64,000 nucleotides of DNA from Hydrolagus colliei (lineage: Eukaryota), in the NCBI GenBank assembly GCA_035084275.1, contig CM068748.1, forward strand, positions 11,036,001 to 11,100,000, in the 5' to 3' direction. The translations under genes were made by a program, and so were the position numbers. The notes beneath the pieces were generated by a model, which saw only the letters and a list, made by a program, of their open reading frames with translations, was not told where the DNA came from and did no database searches. The first letter of the stretch is position 1. Each line of letters opens with the position of its first letter. This document shows positions 39,004-50,169 of this stretch, piece by piece.

Positions 39004-41742
39004 AATATCTTTATTAAGAGTTAAACCCTGTAGACAGCTTTGAGCAGAACTATTATATTAGGTTTGGAAACTGAAGACTTAGAAATGTTATATAAAAGAC
39101 ATTTCAAATGCTCCAAGATCCTACCCTGCCCTATAGAATGGAAGTTGGTATTGTTGAAGCAACATCAAGATACAAACAAGCCATACATAATGGGCAAGGG
39201 AGGGAGGAGGCAATGATATGTCATCATGCATGAGCTGTGGAAGAAGCAGGATGGACAAAATGGTGTTTATTCTTTTAAGAATTATAATGTGCTATTCATG
39301 GCAAATCAATCTGATATTTTCTGCTCATTATAAATCAATGTAAATCACAATAAAGCAAATAGTAGCAGTACCTTTCAAGACTATGTTGAGAACCAACCCA
39401 CTTTGTTGTACTGATTGATACCTTTGCAATATAAATGCTGTGGGTATGACTAGATTTTGGCTTTGCTCAAAACAGGTCCCTTAAAATCTTCCCACTTCAT
39501 ATCTCTAGTGGACAGGATATAACTTCAATTCAGGCAGCATAACTGGGACATTATATTCTCATGTTCTTATTTCTGAAAGTGAATTTTAGAATGGTGTGAA
39601 AATAAGCACATAATAACTGGTGGACTGGCTGACCCTCAGCAATGAATCCTGAGATTCTAAAGTACTGTCAACATTTCCTGTCTTACTAGATAAACATCTA
39701 AGGTATTTAATTTCTTCTCCAGATTCAATACTGAGATTCTCTTGTTTCTGAGCACAAAAGCTAAATTCTGAGCTAAATTATCAGGATTTTTGCGACAAAT
39801 ACTCAATGTACAGAACACAGTGTCTTGCTTCCTCAATGCTTATGTCTCTCATTCCTTGATTTTCTTGTGACAAATACAGTATTGCTAAGAAATGTAGCTA
39901 GATTAATTATCTTGGAAGGGCATTTTGCTGATGTAGCAATAGATCCAGCAGAATTCAGTAGAAACTAACTTTTGGATATCCTACTAACAAGGTGGAATCA
40001 AATGCAGGACATATTTAATTCACCTCAACACAATCTGCTTTTAAAAAAACAGCAGAGCCAAGATTTGCAACTCATGACAGTAAAATATCTTAACGTAGTT
40101 CTATTCACATAATTAGATAATTCACTTTGAATATGTCTAATGAACTGACTCAGTTACATGAGAAATGGCAAGAAGGAATATGGTTAATATCGGTTGCACA
40201 ATGCATTTGACCCAATTTTAACTGCTACTTAAATACATTTAGTCTATTACCAGAGTCTGGACCCAACTTATTCAGCAGAGATTAGCAATGATAATAAAAA
40301 TAAGGTTTTCCATGAAAAGAATTTCACATTTTGGAAATGTAAGGGGATCAAAAAGGTTGGGTATATGAAATATTAAAGAACTGAATTCAAATCTCAAGGA
40401 TTAACTGAAACAAGATTGGATTAGATCTTTGTGCCCTTTCAGCAAACAAGACATAATGGAGTGTGTCATATGAGAATCTTTCCATACTGAAATGTGAACG
40501 ATTGTAATTGTTGCAACATGCACAGCAGTGAAACTTCATTTCAAATCCACAATCAGGAGATGTTGGAGCTATTTCAAACTCAATGAAACCTCAAATTATA
40601 CAAGTTTCTTCCACTTGGAATTATTAATAACACATTTCCAAGAAGCCACTGCAATATTCCTCTGACAAAATAGACAAAAACTGAGCTATTTGGGAAGGAT
40701 TATAAAATGTAGCCCTTCAGCAGGCAATAAGATTCTTCCGTATGGCAAGAAGATAAAATATTGCAACAACAGTGTAACAATTACACAGAAAATTTCACGA
40801 ACATAAGACGGTCAACTTCTGGGCTATATAGGAAAGGGTATTTTTAAATCAACTAGATTTACAAAAATAAATCAGGTCTAATACGCATAATTGAACCACA
40901 ATACACCTGATACTATAAACAATCTTTCATCAGTTTCAAATTTGCTCATTAACGTATTTTTATCTGAATAGGTAACGCAAACCCAATAAGCACATTTTTC
41001 TTAAAAAAAGTCAAAAATTGTAGTTATAAACTTAAAAATAAAATTGTTAATTCTCCTAACCTTTAACGCAATATTGAACCAAAGCATAAATAAAAGTTGG
41101 ATAAATAACATTCAATGTGATATGGACAGATTATTAGAAAATTGGTTTTAATGTAGAGAAATATAAGGCCATGTATTTTTAGGTAAGAAATATAAACATG
41201 TCTATCAAATAAAACATCAATTCTATCAGCAGAACTTGCTGTGATTACTGTTCATAATGTGCTAATGAAAGCTACTATCAAATATTTCCATTGTAACGTC
41301 TGTTCCCTTACCTGGCAATTTATAACTGCAGAGCAAATCACAGGAAATAACTCATTTTCAGCTTATACCAAGGTTAAAAGAAAAGCCTTGGAAGATTAAA
41401 TAATACTAAAAAGCATTAAAGAAAATGGCCTATTTTTAAATGTGGCATATTTTATATGATATACGTTTTAGATATTAACCTAAACCTATAAAACGTAGAT
41501 CCTTCAAAAGACAATTTGGAATCAGGACACTTTTCAATACCATTAAAACATCATAACGCAACACATTTGGATCACCGGTCTGATTATAGCACAAGAATAT
41601 TGTGCACCTGTGCAATTCAGGAAATACAGAACACTTCTGGCACTGACTAGCCTGCTATCTACGCATAATGCACAGGTGCAGGAAATGAAGTCTGTGGCAA
41701 CCGAATACCCCTGGAATATTTTGAGAGAAAGATGAACTCTAC

Positions 41743-41829
41743 CTTTTCTGCAGGATCCATGGCCTCAGATGGTTCTTGGGTTGGTGATACTATAGGTATT
41801 AAATCATGTATTGGAGTACCATCATCATT
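41743..41829 (-). CDS. CCSER2: CCSER2 87-nt coding exon (NDDGTPIHDLIPIVSPTQEPSEAMDPAEK)
   Basis: Acceptor tttctcttttag|AAT, donor AAG|gtagag; phase 0-0; matches recalled human HDGSGSLHDIQLSLPSSPEPEDGDKVYK in position and approximate length. Confidence 0.8.
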
Positions 41830-41875
41830 CTAAAAGAGAAATAATAGTAACGTGAGCCAAGGCAGTGTACACAAA

Positions 41876-42225
41876 GAATAACAACTTGCACTTGTATAAT
41901 AATAATCCTTACATTTATTGCATATATAGCACCCTCCACACAGGCTCAGAATGGCAGCCAGACTCTGAGGGGGGGGAGGGGGGGGGGGGGGGAGAGGAGG
42001 TGGCCGTAAGCACGGTTGAAAAGGTTTTCAAGAGGGACATGAAAAGTGTGGCAGAGGGGACAAGGTGGAGTGAATGAGGTGGTGTTCCACAGTTTGGGGA
42101 CATGGTGGCTGAAAGCACAACCTCCAATGGTGGAACAAAGTGTGCAAGGGACAAAGAGGAGGACAGTGCCAGTCGAGCAGACACGGGTGGTGGATTCGGG
42201 AGTGAGGAGATAGGGAGGTGAATGG
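41876..42225 (-). mobile_element. L2 LINE 3' end
   Basis: Minus-strand L2 C-terminus and 3' UTR with doubled tail (aataacaacttgcacttgtat; ttgcatatatagcaccctccac). Confidence 0.75.
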
Positions 42226-42830
42226 ATAATAATGGAGATGATAATATCAATATATATGCCAATGCATATTCATTAAGTGTGGAAATTACAGATCAAATGA
42301 TTTAATACCTGAACTAAGTTATATGGAGTATTTTAAATGAGTCTGAATTGATGTATGATTATAATATATACATACATTTCTTATCAATCATTTTGAAATC
42401 CTGTTAAAAATAGCTTGTGAAAACATTTCTTGGAACATTGTGCATACAGCAATGTTCGAAATGCAGGACAATATTTGATATGCATCTGAGAACTTAGACC
42501 TTCTAATTCACAGTACAAATCAGAAGGAGAATAACAAAAGTATCGCAAACAAAGCATTTTCTGAGTTATTTAAGATAGCATTAGTCAATCAATTTAAATA
42601 AACAATATTTTATCAAGTTACCGTTAGAAGCTAAGATCTACAAATGTATCAGAAACTCATAAAAAGATCTTAAAAATTTTCTGTACATCAAGGATATCAA
42701 TGCAATTCAAAGTCCCAATTACATGTATATTGATAGCATTGAACAGGAAATCAGTTTAGATAATAAGAGAAATAAAATAGCAAGGGAAATTCATGTGGAG
42801 TAGTTACTGAGCCCAATCATGTGAGCTAAA

Positions 42831-43070
42831 CCTCTTTTCCCCCTTTCTCCCCTGGCCCCATTTCCGCAACTGTTTGTGGGACACTGCTGTGCGCAATTTG
42901 GCTGCCGCGTTTCGCCCACAAATATACAGTCAATTTACCTACTCTTCTTCATCCTGCCCCGATCCCTCCCCCCCCTTGCTCTTGTCCCTACCTTATTGTA
43001 CAGCGCCTTGGGACGTCCTCTCAACGTGAAAGGCTCTATTCTATACAAATGTAAGTTTTGATTGATTGAT
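42831..43070 (+). mobile_element. 5'-truncated retroposon: pyrimidine tract, Deu core and L2 tail; relative of 48761-49143
   Basis: First 33 nt identical to 48761-48793; core gggacactgctgtgcgcaatttggctgccgcgtttcgcccacaaatatacagtc; tail cagcgccttgggacgtcctctcaacgtgaaagg...(GATT)n. Confidence 0.85.
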
Positions 43071-43628
43071 CAGCATACTGTAGTTCTAATCAGTGGTTAA
43101 TCGTCTTTTCATTCCAAATTATGCTTTGTCAACTAAATCCTATAGCATTATATGGTACAGTAATTCTTCCAATTTCTTAGACTATTGATGAGCACTTAGC
43201 CTAAGCAAAACTATGAAGGAAAAAAAACATACAACAATAAAACAAAAAAATTATCTTGCAGATTCGAAGAACAATTTTGTAAAGCAGTCACTCTCAGCTG
43301 CAATCTTTTGTGTGGGAAAAGACAGGTTACAATAAGTCACACACCATTATACCTCATACCAGCTAATTATATACCAGAACTAGTGGATTGTAAAGCACAA
43401 CAAGACCAGGGAGAAATACAAAAGTATCCACCGACATCAAACTGAGGCAATTCAACAGCAAGCAACAAGTTGGATTTTTATCCACCCCTGACGGTGTCTC
43501 AGACTTCAGCCTGATTGACAAACTAGGTACAAGTCTTGAATTTCTCATGTGGTTGGGAGTCATCTCTTCAAGTTTCAGATGTAACACTATAATCAGATAA
43601 CAAACAAGTTTATGTAGTAAACTCTATT

Positions 43629-43795
43629 AATGATAATCCTTGCATTTGATACAGCTCCTTATCAGTCTTTGAGACATCTCAAAGCGCTTCAAAGAATACA
43701 CCGTAAAGTGAATTGACCATCTATTGTGTGGGTCAAAGCGGCGACGCAGTGTTTCAAAAACAGTCATGGATTGAATGACCACATTTTAAAAAAAT
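43629..43795 (-). mobile_element. SINE 3' half
   Basis: ataatccttgcatttgat...tctcaaagcgcttc...gtaaagtgaattgac...cagtcatggattgaatgacc. Confidence 0.8.
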
Positions 43796-45974
43796 CTTTG
43801 CTTTAAGAGATTTTTCTTGCTATCAAAAACTGTTAGCAGAATTGGGCCTTGAACATAGTACATGATTGATGGAGAATATTTAAAAAATGGTGTCCTATGG
43901 GCATAAACATATGCCCATAGGACATCAATTTCACACAGTAAGTTCAGCACTTCACCAATCTGTTAGGATCTCACAAGAGCTAATAACTAATAAAGTGAAA
44001 TATAATTCAATTTAAGGACAACTAAATCTCCCATAGCCATATTTCAATCCTTCTGGATTGGCTTCCACTTATACCAGAAAAAATGATCCATTTGATAAGG
44101 TGTCATATCATGTCTTTGAAATGCCTCAAAGCTCTTGTAAGGAACTATTGTAAAATGTGGAGACTATGTATCATGAATCCAGCTGCCAATATCCACACAG
44201 CAATGTCCCACTAAGTGCAGTTGGGTGGGGGAAGGGGAGTGGTTGAGAGGTTGTCTTGGATACTGAGTCATGCTATCTGGTATCTGTCCTATATTGCTCC
44301 TTTACAACTCTAAACCTATAGCCTCTTGTTGTTCTATTGTTATAAATTATTGATCTTGGTTTACTTTTTCAATCTTATTTAAAATTTCAGACACCTAGTA
44401 GGTCCCATCTGAGTTGTCTTCTCTGAAGACTGAAGAGCCCTAGATCGCTAGACTTTCCAGAGAGTCTGCCTACAAACTCCTGAGGCAGCTAGATTTGGTG
44501 CAAGTCACAATTTATGAGTAACTGGTAGAGTATTCCAGGTTATTGTTTTTAATTGGGACTGATCAGATGCATTGCTATTGTCGTTTTGGTCCTGCATGTA
44601 TTTATGTTACATTTCTAAGGGAAACAAAGGAGAATAGACTTGTGGAATAATTTACCAGAATGTGCCATTAGACACAGGTCCAAAAGCCAATTAGAAACAT
44701 ATCTGAAGAGAGAAAGGATCAAGGGAAATAAAATGAAAGCCAGTAACTAAGATTTAGAACTATTAAAAAGGAACAAATATTGAACAAATTACCATTCCTG
44801 ACTAAAGATTTTTATGTTCAAATAATATCAGAACGATAAAGAGAAATTATATTGTCACCAGCAATGACATTTGATAAATATTTCCACTAGGAATCTAGCT
44901 ATAATTCCCTGCCATACACATACAGATTATCTGTTATTTCATTTAATCATTTAGTGTATCTCGCGACTGACCAAGACACCTTTCTGCAGAACTTACTATT
45001 CAGTTATGATTCATCCTCACTCAATAAATCTAAGTGTATTCCAATTGTAATGTTTACATAAGAAGGAAAATCAAATAGAGCAAGGAGGGAACAATATAAA
45101 AGAAAAACAAAACAAAATGAAAGTTTGCTCTTGTATATCTCTAATCAATATTCTTTTAGCATTTGTATGTGATGTCAGTCATATCTGAAAATAATTTTAG
45201 ATATTGAAGCAAACAAAAGGATCAATAAAATAGACTAACCATCACTGTATAGTAGCCAGCTGCTGAATAGCACTGAAGATATATTTTTTAAGTAGTCTCC
45301 ACATATAAATTATTTATTTGGGACTAAAATATCTAATTCCATACTTTTATTAACAAGAAACCAAAATGCAGAATATAGTGGAATTCATGCTTTGATCAAA
45401 ATTAATTTTCTTCATTGCAAGACCCCAAATCTCCTAGTCATCACAATGCAAATGTTTACTTATTACAATGAATGTGGTGAAAATATGCACTGACTGCCTC
45501 CTGTGGAATTTTCATTTTGTTTCATTCAATATGACAGTTAGGTGCTATGGACAATGCAATAGAACTATTCTTGTGGAGGAAGGTGCTTCGTGATATGCAA
45601 TTGGCCATGAGGGAAAAACTGCAAATGAGAAGCAACAGTATGCATGCCAACAGCACTCACAGAAGAGAGGATTAGGTGTGACAGTATGATTGCCTGGAGG
45701 GTTTGATATAAGACACCAACATGGTTCCTCTTTTATTAGATTTTGTTTACTCCTGTTGCTCCATAACAAGTTTTTAACCACTTCACTGCACCCAATCTTC
45801 AAAAGCATTGAGAAATTATTTATCTCCCCACAATCAGTTTTAACAAAGGGGCAAACAACTGTCGTTTATATCTTAAATCAAGGCAATATCACATCTCCCA
45901 TTTTTGGCATTCTTGCAAACAACAACAAAATTGCATTGATTATAATGCCTTTCACGTCATCTTTTAAAAGTACA

Positions 45975-46180
45975 CATAGAATTACTAAGCATGGAACATT
46001 ACAGCATACAAACAGGCCGAACAGCTCACCTAGTCCATGCTGGTTTTTATACTCCACACTAGTCTCTCCACCCCTCTCCTATTCGCTTCTCTCTCATGGG
46101 TGCATTGAATTTTCTCTTAAAAATATTGATGCCTTTTGCTTCAACCACAACTTCTAGCAGGGCACTAAACATTCTTAGAA
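45975..46180 (-). mobile_element. CR1 LINE 3' end fragment
   Basis: VVEAKGINIFKRKF; catggaacattacagcatacaaacaggcc 3' UTR. Confidence 0.65.
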
Positions 46181-46525
46181 AATATTTATTGCAAATTTTA
46201 AGTGAAAAGATTTGAGTTGAATAGTATGGCATTAAATTCAGCACTCAGATAGTTAACATGATCACACAAAGTTCAAATCTCGCCATGTACATGTACATCT
46301 TAGCTGTGTTTTACGAGGTGTCATCAATGTACTCTTCAATAATTGCAGAAAGCTAGGTGTCATGGCTGGCTGGGGTAATGCTTTTTCCTTACAAAAACTT
46401 CCTCTCAGGAGACTTACTGCTACAAATTAAATTCAGTGAAACAATTCAGACTGTTTTGCTTTGATGAGTTTTGTAGATATACATCATAGAAGAGGGCCTG
46501 TGTAAGTAAGCTTTATCACTCCAAG

Positions 46526-47064
46526 TAATAATAACAATCCTTGTATTTGATATAGGACCTTATCTCTATATTTGATATATGCCTTACTATCCTCACCGGA
46601 CTCCACTGGCTTTCCGTCACACAGAGATACAGTTCAAGAACATGGTCCCCTTTAAAGCCCTCCTTGGCCTTGCTCCCCCCTACCTCTGCAACCTCATAAA
46701 TCCCTACCAACTTCCCGATTCATTCCCACCATTGGTGAGCGGGCTTTCTGCCACTCTGCTCTCACCCTCTGGAACTCCATCCCGCAGTTCCTCGGGATCA
46801 TCCCTTCCGTTGCCTCCTTCAAGACTCCTCTTCAACTGTGCTTTCAATCACCTCCTTCCCCGCCTTCTCTCCATCCTCCCTGATTCCATCCCCCAGCTCG
46901 CATTCGAAACACTGGTTGTCCAGTACCTTGAGACATCTGCCCAACACAAATGGTGCTATACAAAAATAATTTTGTTGTTGTTGTTATTATCACATCTTCA
47001 AGCTGTCTCAAAGTGCTTCACAGAAATATACTGTAAAGTGAATCGACTATATTCTGTGGGCAAA
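46526..47064. mobile_element. Minus-strand SINE tail interrupted by a plus-strand L2 3' fragment (~46586-46988)
   Basis: SINE tail 46526-46565 resumes at 46988 (atcacatcttcaagctgtctcaaagtgcttcacagaa); insert has GLHWLSV, FKALLGLAPPYLCNL and a (TTG)n tail. Confidence 0.8.
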
Positions 47065-47707
47065 GGTCGGAATGCTAGCTTTGCGGTTGGGCTAAAGCAC
47101 ATGGTTAGACAGAGTAAAATACTTCTGTTTTGGTCAGTTGTTGTCAGACACATTTAACAAATGGTACTTAAAGCAGGGGCCAAACAAGGTAAAATGACTT
47201 TTTAAAAAATGTTTATTTGCAACTATGTACTGTATGCTGACTGAAGGAACTATAGTAAAAGATTTAACTGAATTAGCTCAACTGTCATTCATAGTTAACG
47301 CATTTCCAGGTTAGATTTGTGGCAGATGAAAAACTAAACTTTAAACCTGTCATTCTGCATCTGTATTACACAGGTTGAGGAACTGAATAAATATTTGTTC
47401 ATTGAACAAATTTAAACTCATTAGAGAATGTGATTCAGAGCCAGAAGGTTTTTCACTCTGAATCCATTGACAGTTGCAAACATTCCTTTGTCGTAATGTA
47501 CTAGTCAGAGAGTATAAGGCCTGGGCTAGTTTCATTCTTATTCTTAATTTTTCATTAAATGTATGATAAGAGAGGTCATAATGATTTTAATATATAATTT
47601 TGTATTCAGAATATAATGCATAGTTTTGATACTGGAAGTCTGCAATTAAAGTATCAAATCTTCATTGCAGGACTCCAAAAAAAGGTAAACAATGATGTTT
47701 GTGGCTT

Positions 47708-47755
47708 GCGAGGTGGAGAGAGTGCAGGTGCTATCCTGCACTCTCTCCACCTCGC
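47708..47755. repeat. Perfect 21-bp inverted repeat with 6-nt loop
   Basis: GCGAGGTGGAGAGAGTGCAGG tgctat CCTGCACTCTCTCCACCTCGC. Confidence 0.98.
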
Positions 47756-47770
47756 CTGGCGATAGATGAT

Positions 47771-47820
47771 ATTTTATATCATTTTATATCATTTTATATC
47801 ATTTTATATCATTTTATATC
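47771..47820 (+). repeat. (ATTTTATATC)5 perfect minisatellite
   Basis: Five exact copies, bracketed by inverted atagatgatat / atatcatctat. Confidence 0.98.
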
Positions 47821-48064
47821 ATCTATTTAATCTAGTGTTTTGTCTGGTGGTGATATATTGGATGTATGGTGATGTTTTTCACGCGGACCACCCGCTCCCG
47901 AGACTAGAGATCTTCGGGCTGGAACGATCGCGGACAGAGCTTTCACGCTATGCACCGCTCAGCCCACCGGCTGGAGTCGGCTTCCATCGCTGCCGGTTCT
48001 TCCTCTATGGGCGGTCGGCCAACGAATGCCATCTTTTTGGACGACGGGGAGTATCGCGGAGGGA

Positions 48065-48213
48065 ATGGCGCCACTCGCTGTCGGCGCTTCCTCCGGCTGT
48101 GCGAAGAGCGGCCCCTCGACAGGACCTAGGAAGGCCGCGACCTCGGCACTTTCCTCAGGCAGCAGATGGCGCACGTCTTCCGCGAGGGGGAGAGCGAGGG
48201 GGAGAGCGCCCAG
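48065..48213 (+). pseudogene. UQCC2: Captured UQCC2 (MNF1) N-terminal coding fragment, exon 1 equivalent, disabled
   Basis: [41 protein letters not shown](EGES)AQ vs recalled human [44 protein letters not shown], about 29/44 identical by eye; 1-nt deletion just after ATG, TAG at 48127-48129, 12-nt tandem duplication. Confidence 0.85.
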
Positions 48214-48214
48214 G

Positions 48215-48353
48215 TGCTGCAAGCGACGGATCATCTCGTGGCGGGAGATCCAGACGGCGATTGGGCTGCTGCTGCTGCTGCTGTGCGAGCCGGCCAGACA
48301 CACCGTGTCCGAGGTGCCAGGGCCATCACAGAGTCCCCGGGTTCATCGACTGA
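48215..48353 (+). pseudogene. Histone H2B C-terminal fragment, divergent
   Basis: CCKRRIISWREIQTAIGLLLLLLCEPARHTVSE/GARAITES vs canonical [43 protein letters not shown]; (CTG)6 at 48266-48283; 1-nt frameshift after VSE. Confidence 0.8.
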
Positions 48354-50169
48354 GGAGCCGGTGGGTTTTGGGGCCTGACACCACACTGGGCCCTTTTTTC
48401 CGCGCCCTTTTTTTCCCGCCATCTCAGGGATCGTCCGGGCGGGCGGCGAGGACAGGGAGTGGTTGCTGGACGATTGTTGGACGATTGTTGGTTATTGTTT
48501 GTTGCTGTTTTTGTTGTTAATATTGTTGCTTTTGTTGTTTATTATTGTTGTTTGATTCCCCCCACCCCTTCCCCCATCTTCTTCTTCCCTCACTCCCTTT
48601 CCCCACTTTCTCTCCTCCCTTTTCCCCTTCCCTCCCTTTTCCCTCTTCCTGATCTTGCCCCCACCCATCTTTCCCTCCCTCTCTTCCTTACCCCCCTTTC
48701 TCCCCCCTCTTCCTCCCTAACCCTATCCCATCCCACCTTTCCCTCCCTCTCCCCCCTTACCCTCTTTTCCCCCTTTCTCCCCTGGCCCCATTTTTGCGAT
48801 TGTTTGTGGGGACACTGCTGTGCGCAATTTGGCTGCCGCGTTTCGCCCACAAATATACAGTCGACTTTCCTGCCTTTCTTCCCCCTGCCTCGACCCCTCC
48901 CCTTTTGCTTCTTTACCCCCTTTTGCCCCTAGTCCTACTTCCGTGACTGATTGTGGGACACTGCTGTGCGCAATTTGGCTGCCGCGTTTCGCCCACTAAT
49001 ACAGTTACTTTTCCTACTTTTCTTCATCCTGCCCTGATCCTTCCCACCCTGCTATTGTCCTACCTGACTGTACAGCGCCTTGGGATGTCCTCTCGACGTG
49101 AAAGGCGCTATATAAATGTAAGTTTTGTTTGTTTGTTTGTTGTTAGTTCAAATGCACAACAATTTCAAGGAACTGTTCTTGCTAATTTGAAATCCACTTA
49201 GGTGCTGATACTAAGCTTTATGTTGTCTGCAACAGACAATTTAGTGACTCAAATACATTAAATATCTCCCCATTGATCTTGGTCAATCACAAAATATCTA
49301 GATTTCCTTTCTAGAACTAACTTTCTTCCATAAAACCATTTCCCAGCACACTCCATTGCCATAGAAATCAACAGGAAAATATGCACTATGTTTAGCAAAT
49401 GTATGATATGTAGTTAGAATTTATTAACTTACAAGAAGAATCATGCGACCATTCAAAACTGCAATGCTATTTAACAAAACTACACCATATTTATTGTAGT
49501 TTAAAAGGAAGAATTGAGGGTGCCTAACAAGGCACAAGGAAAACACAAAAGAAAATTTCTAATGCAACCTGACATTGTTTTACCAAAATCCCAGTGTCAT
49601 GGAAACAGCAGAAAAACATTTACAAACATCTCCCAATATTGTATTAAGGTCTCAGCCTGTTCATTATAGCGATCGGGAGCTTGGAAATTAACCAAGACAA
49701 GCTATTCTGTTTCTGCTAACCATATCACGCTATTTCTACCAAACACTGACTCCATATCAGTCGGACTATTAAAGAAGGCACGCAGGTTGTTCTCAATATT
49801 GTTATCCCTCCAATAGCTCTAAATCTAACCATCAATCATTTCTTAATCAGTAGCACAAGACAATGTTCAATTTGGACTTTGGGGAACTTAGTTTGGCTAT
49901 GGATGGAACCTTAATTAATAATAACATTGCTTTTTCTTTCAGACTTTAAGAATTATTTTTTTCTTCTTCAGAACTATAGTTAATAAACTGAAATTGTAGA
50001 TTCATCTTGTGACAAAATTAAACAAATTAAAATCATGCAGATGTCTGCATGGAATTAGGAGTAGAAGTGCGTTTGAAAATTACTGCTTATTCTTCTTATA
50101 CCAGTATGAATTCTATCCTTAAATGGTTTAGATAATACCTCTCACACCCTCCAATTCATCTACACAAAA

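Larger units (their letters stand above)
47701..49143 (+). mobile_element. Composite gene-capturing retroposon-like element (hairpin, 10-mer array, UQCC2 fragment, H2B fragment, two Deu cores, L2 tail)
   Basis: Sharp GC/CpG-rich block in AT-rich intron, ends in L2-type tail aaggcgctatataaatgtaagttttgtttgtttg; 3' module repeated at 42831-43070; no clear TSD; 5' boundary approximate. Confidence 0.65.

Noticed and set aside
47771-47820. Repeat array as CRISPR-like
   Set aside because: No spacers, eukaryotic context; simple minisatellite
47766-48353. 195-aa plus-strand ORF and the overlapping minus-strand ORFs
   Set aside because: Starts in the 10-mer array and runs through GC-rich DNA in a frame with no recognisable homology; the informative frames are the other two plus frames
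48385-48410. Possible histone 3' stem-loop after the H2B fragment
   Set aside because: gggcccttttttccgcgccc does not form the conserved 6-bp stem and 4-nt loop
47701-49143. Helitron interpretation of the composite element (gene capture plus hairpin)
   Set aside because: No TC...CTRR termini positioned relative to the hairpin; the 3' end is an L2-type retroposon tail
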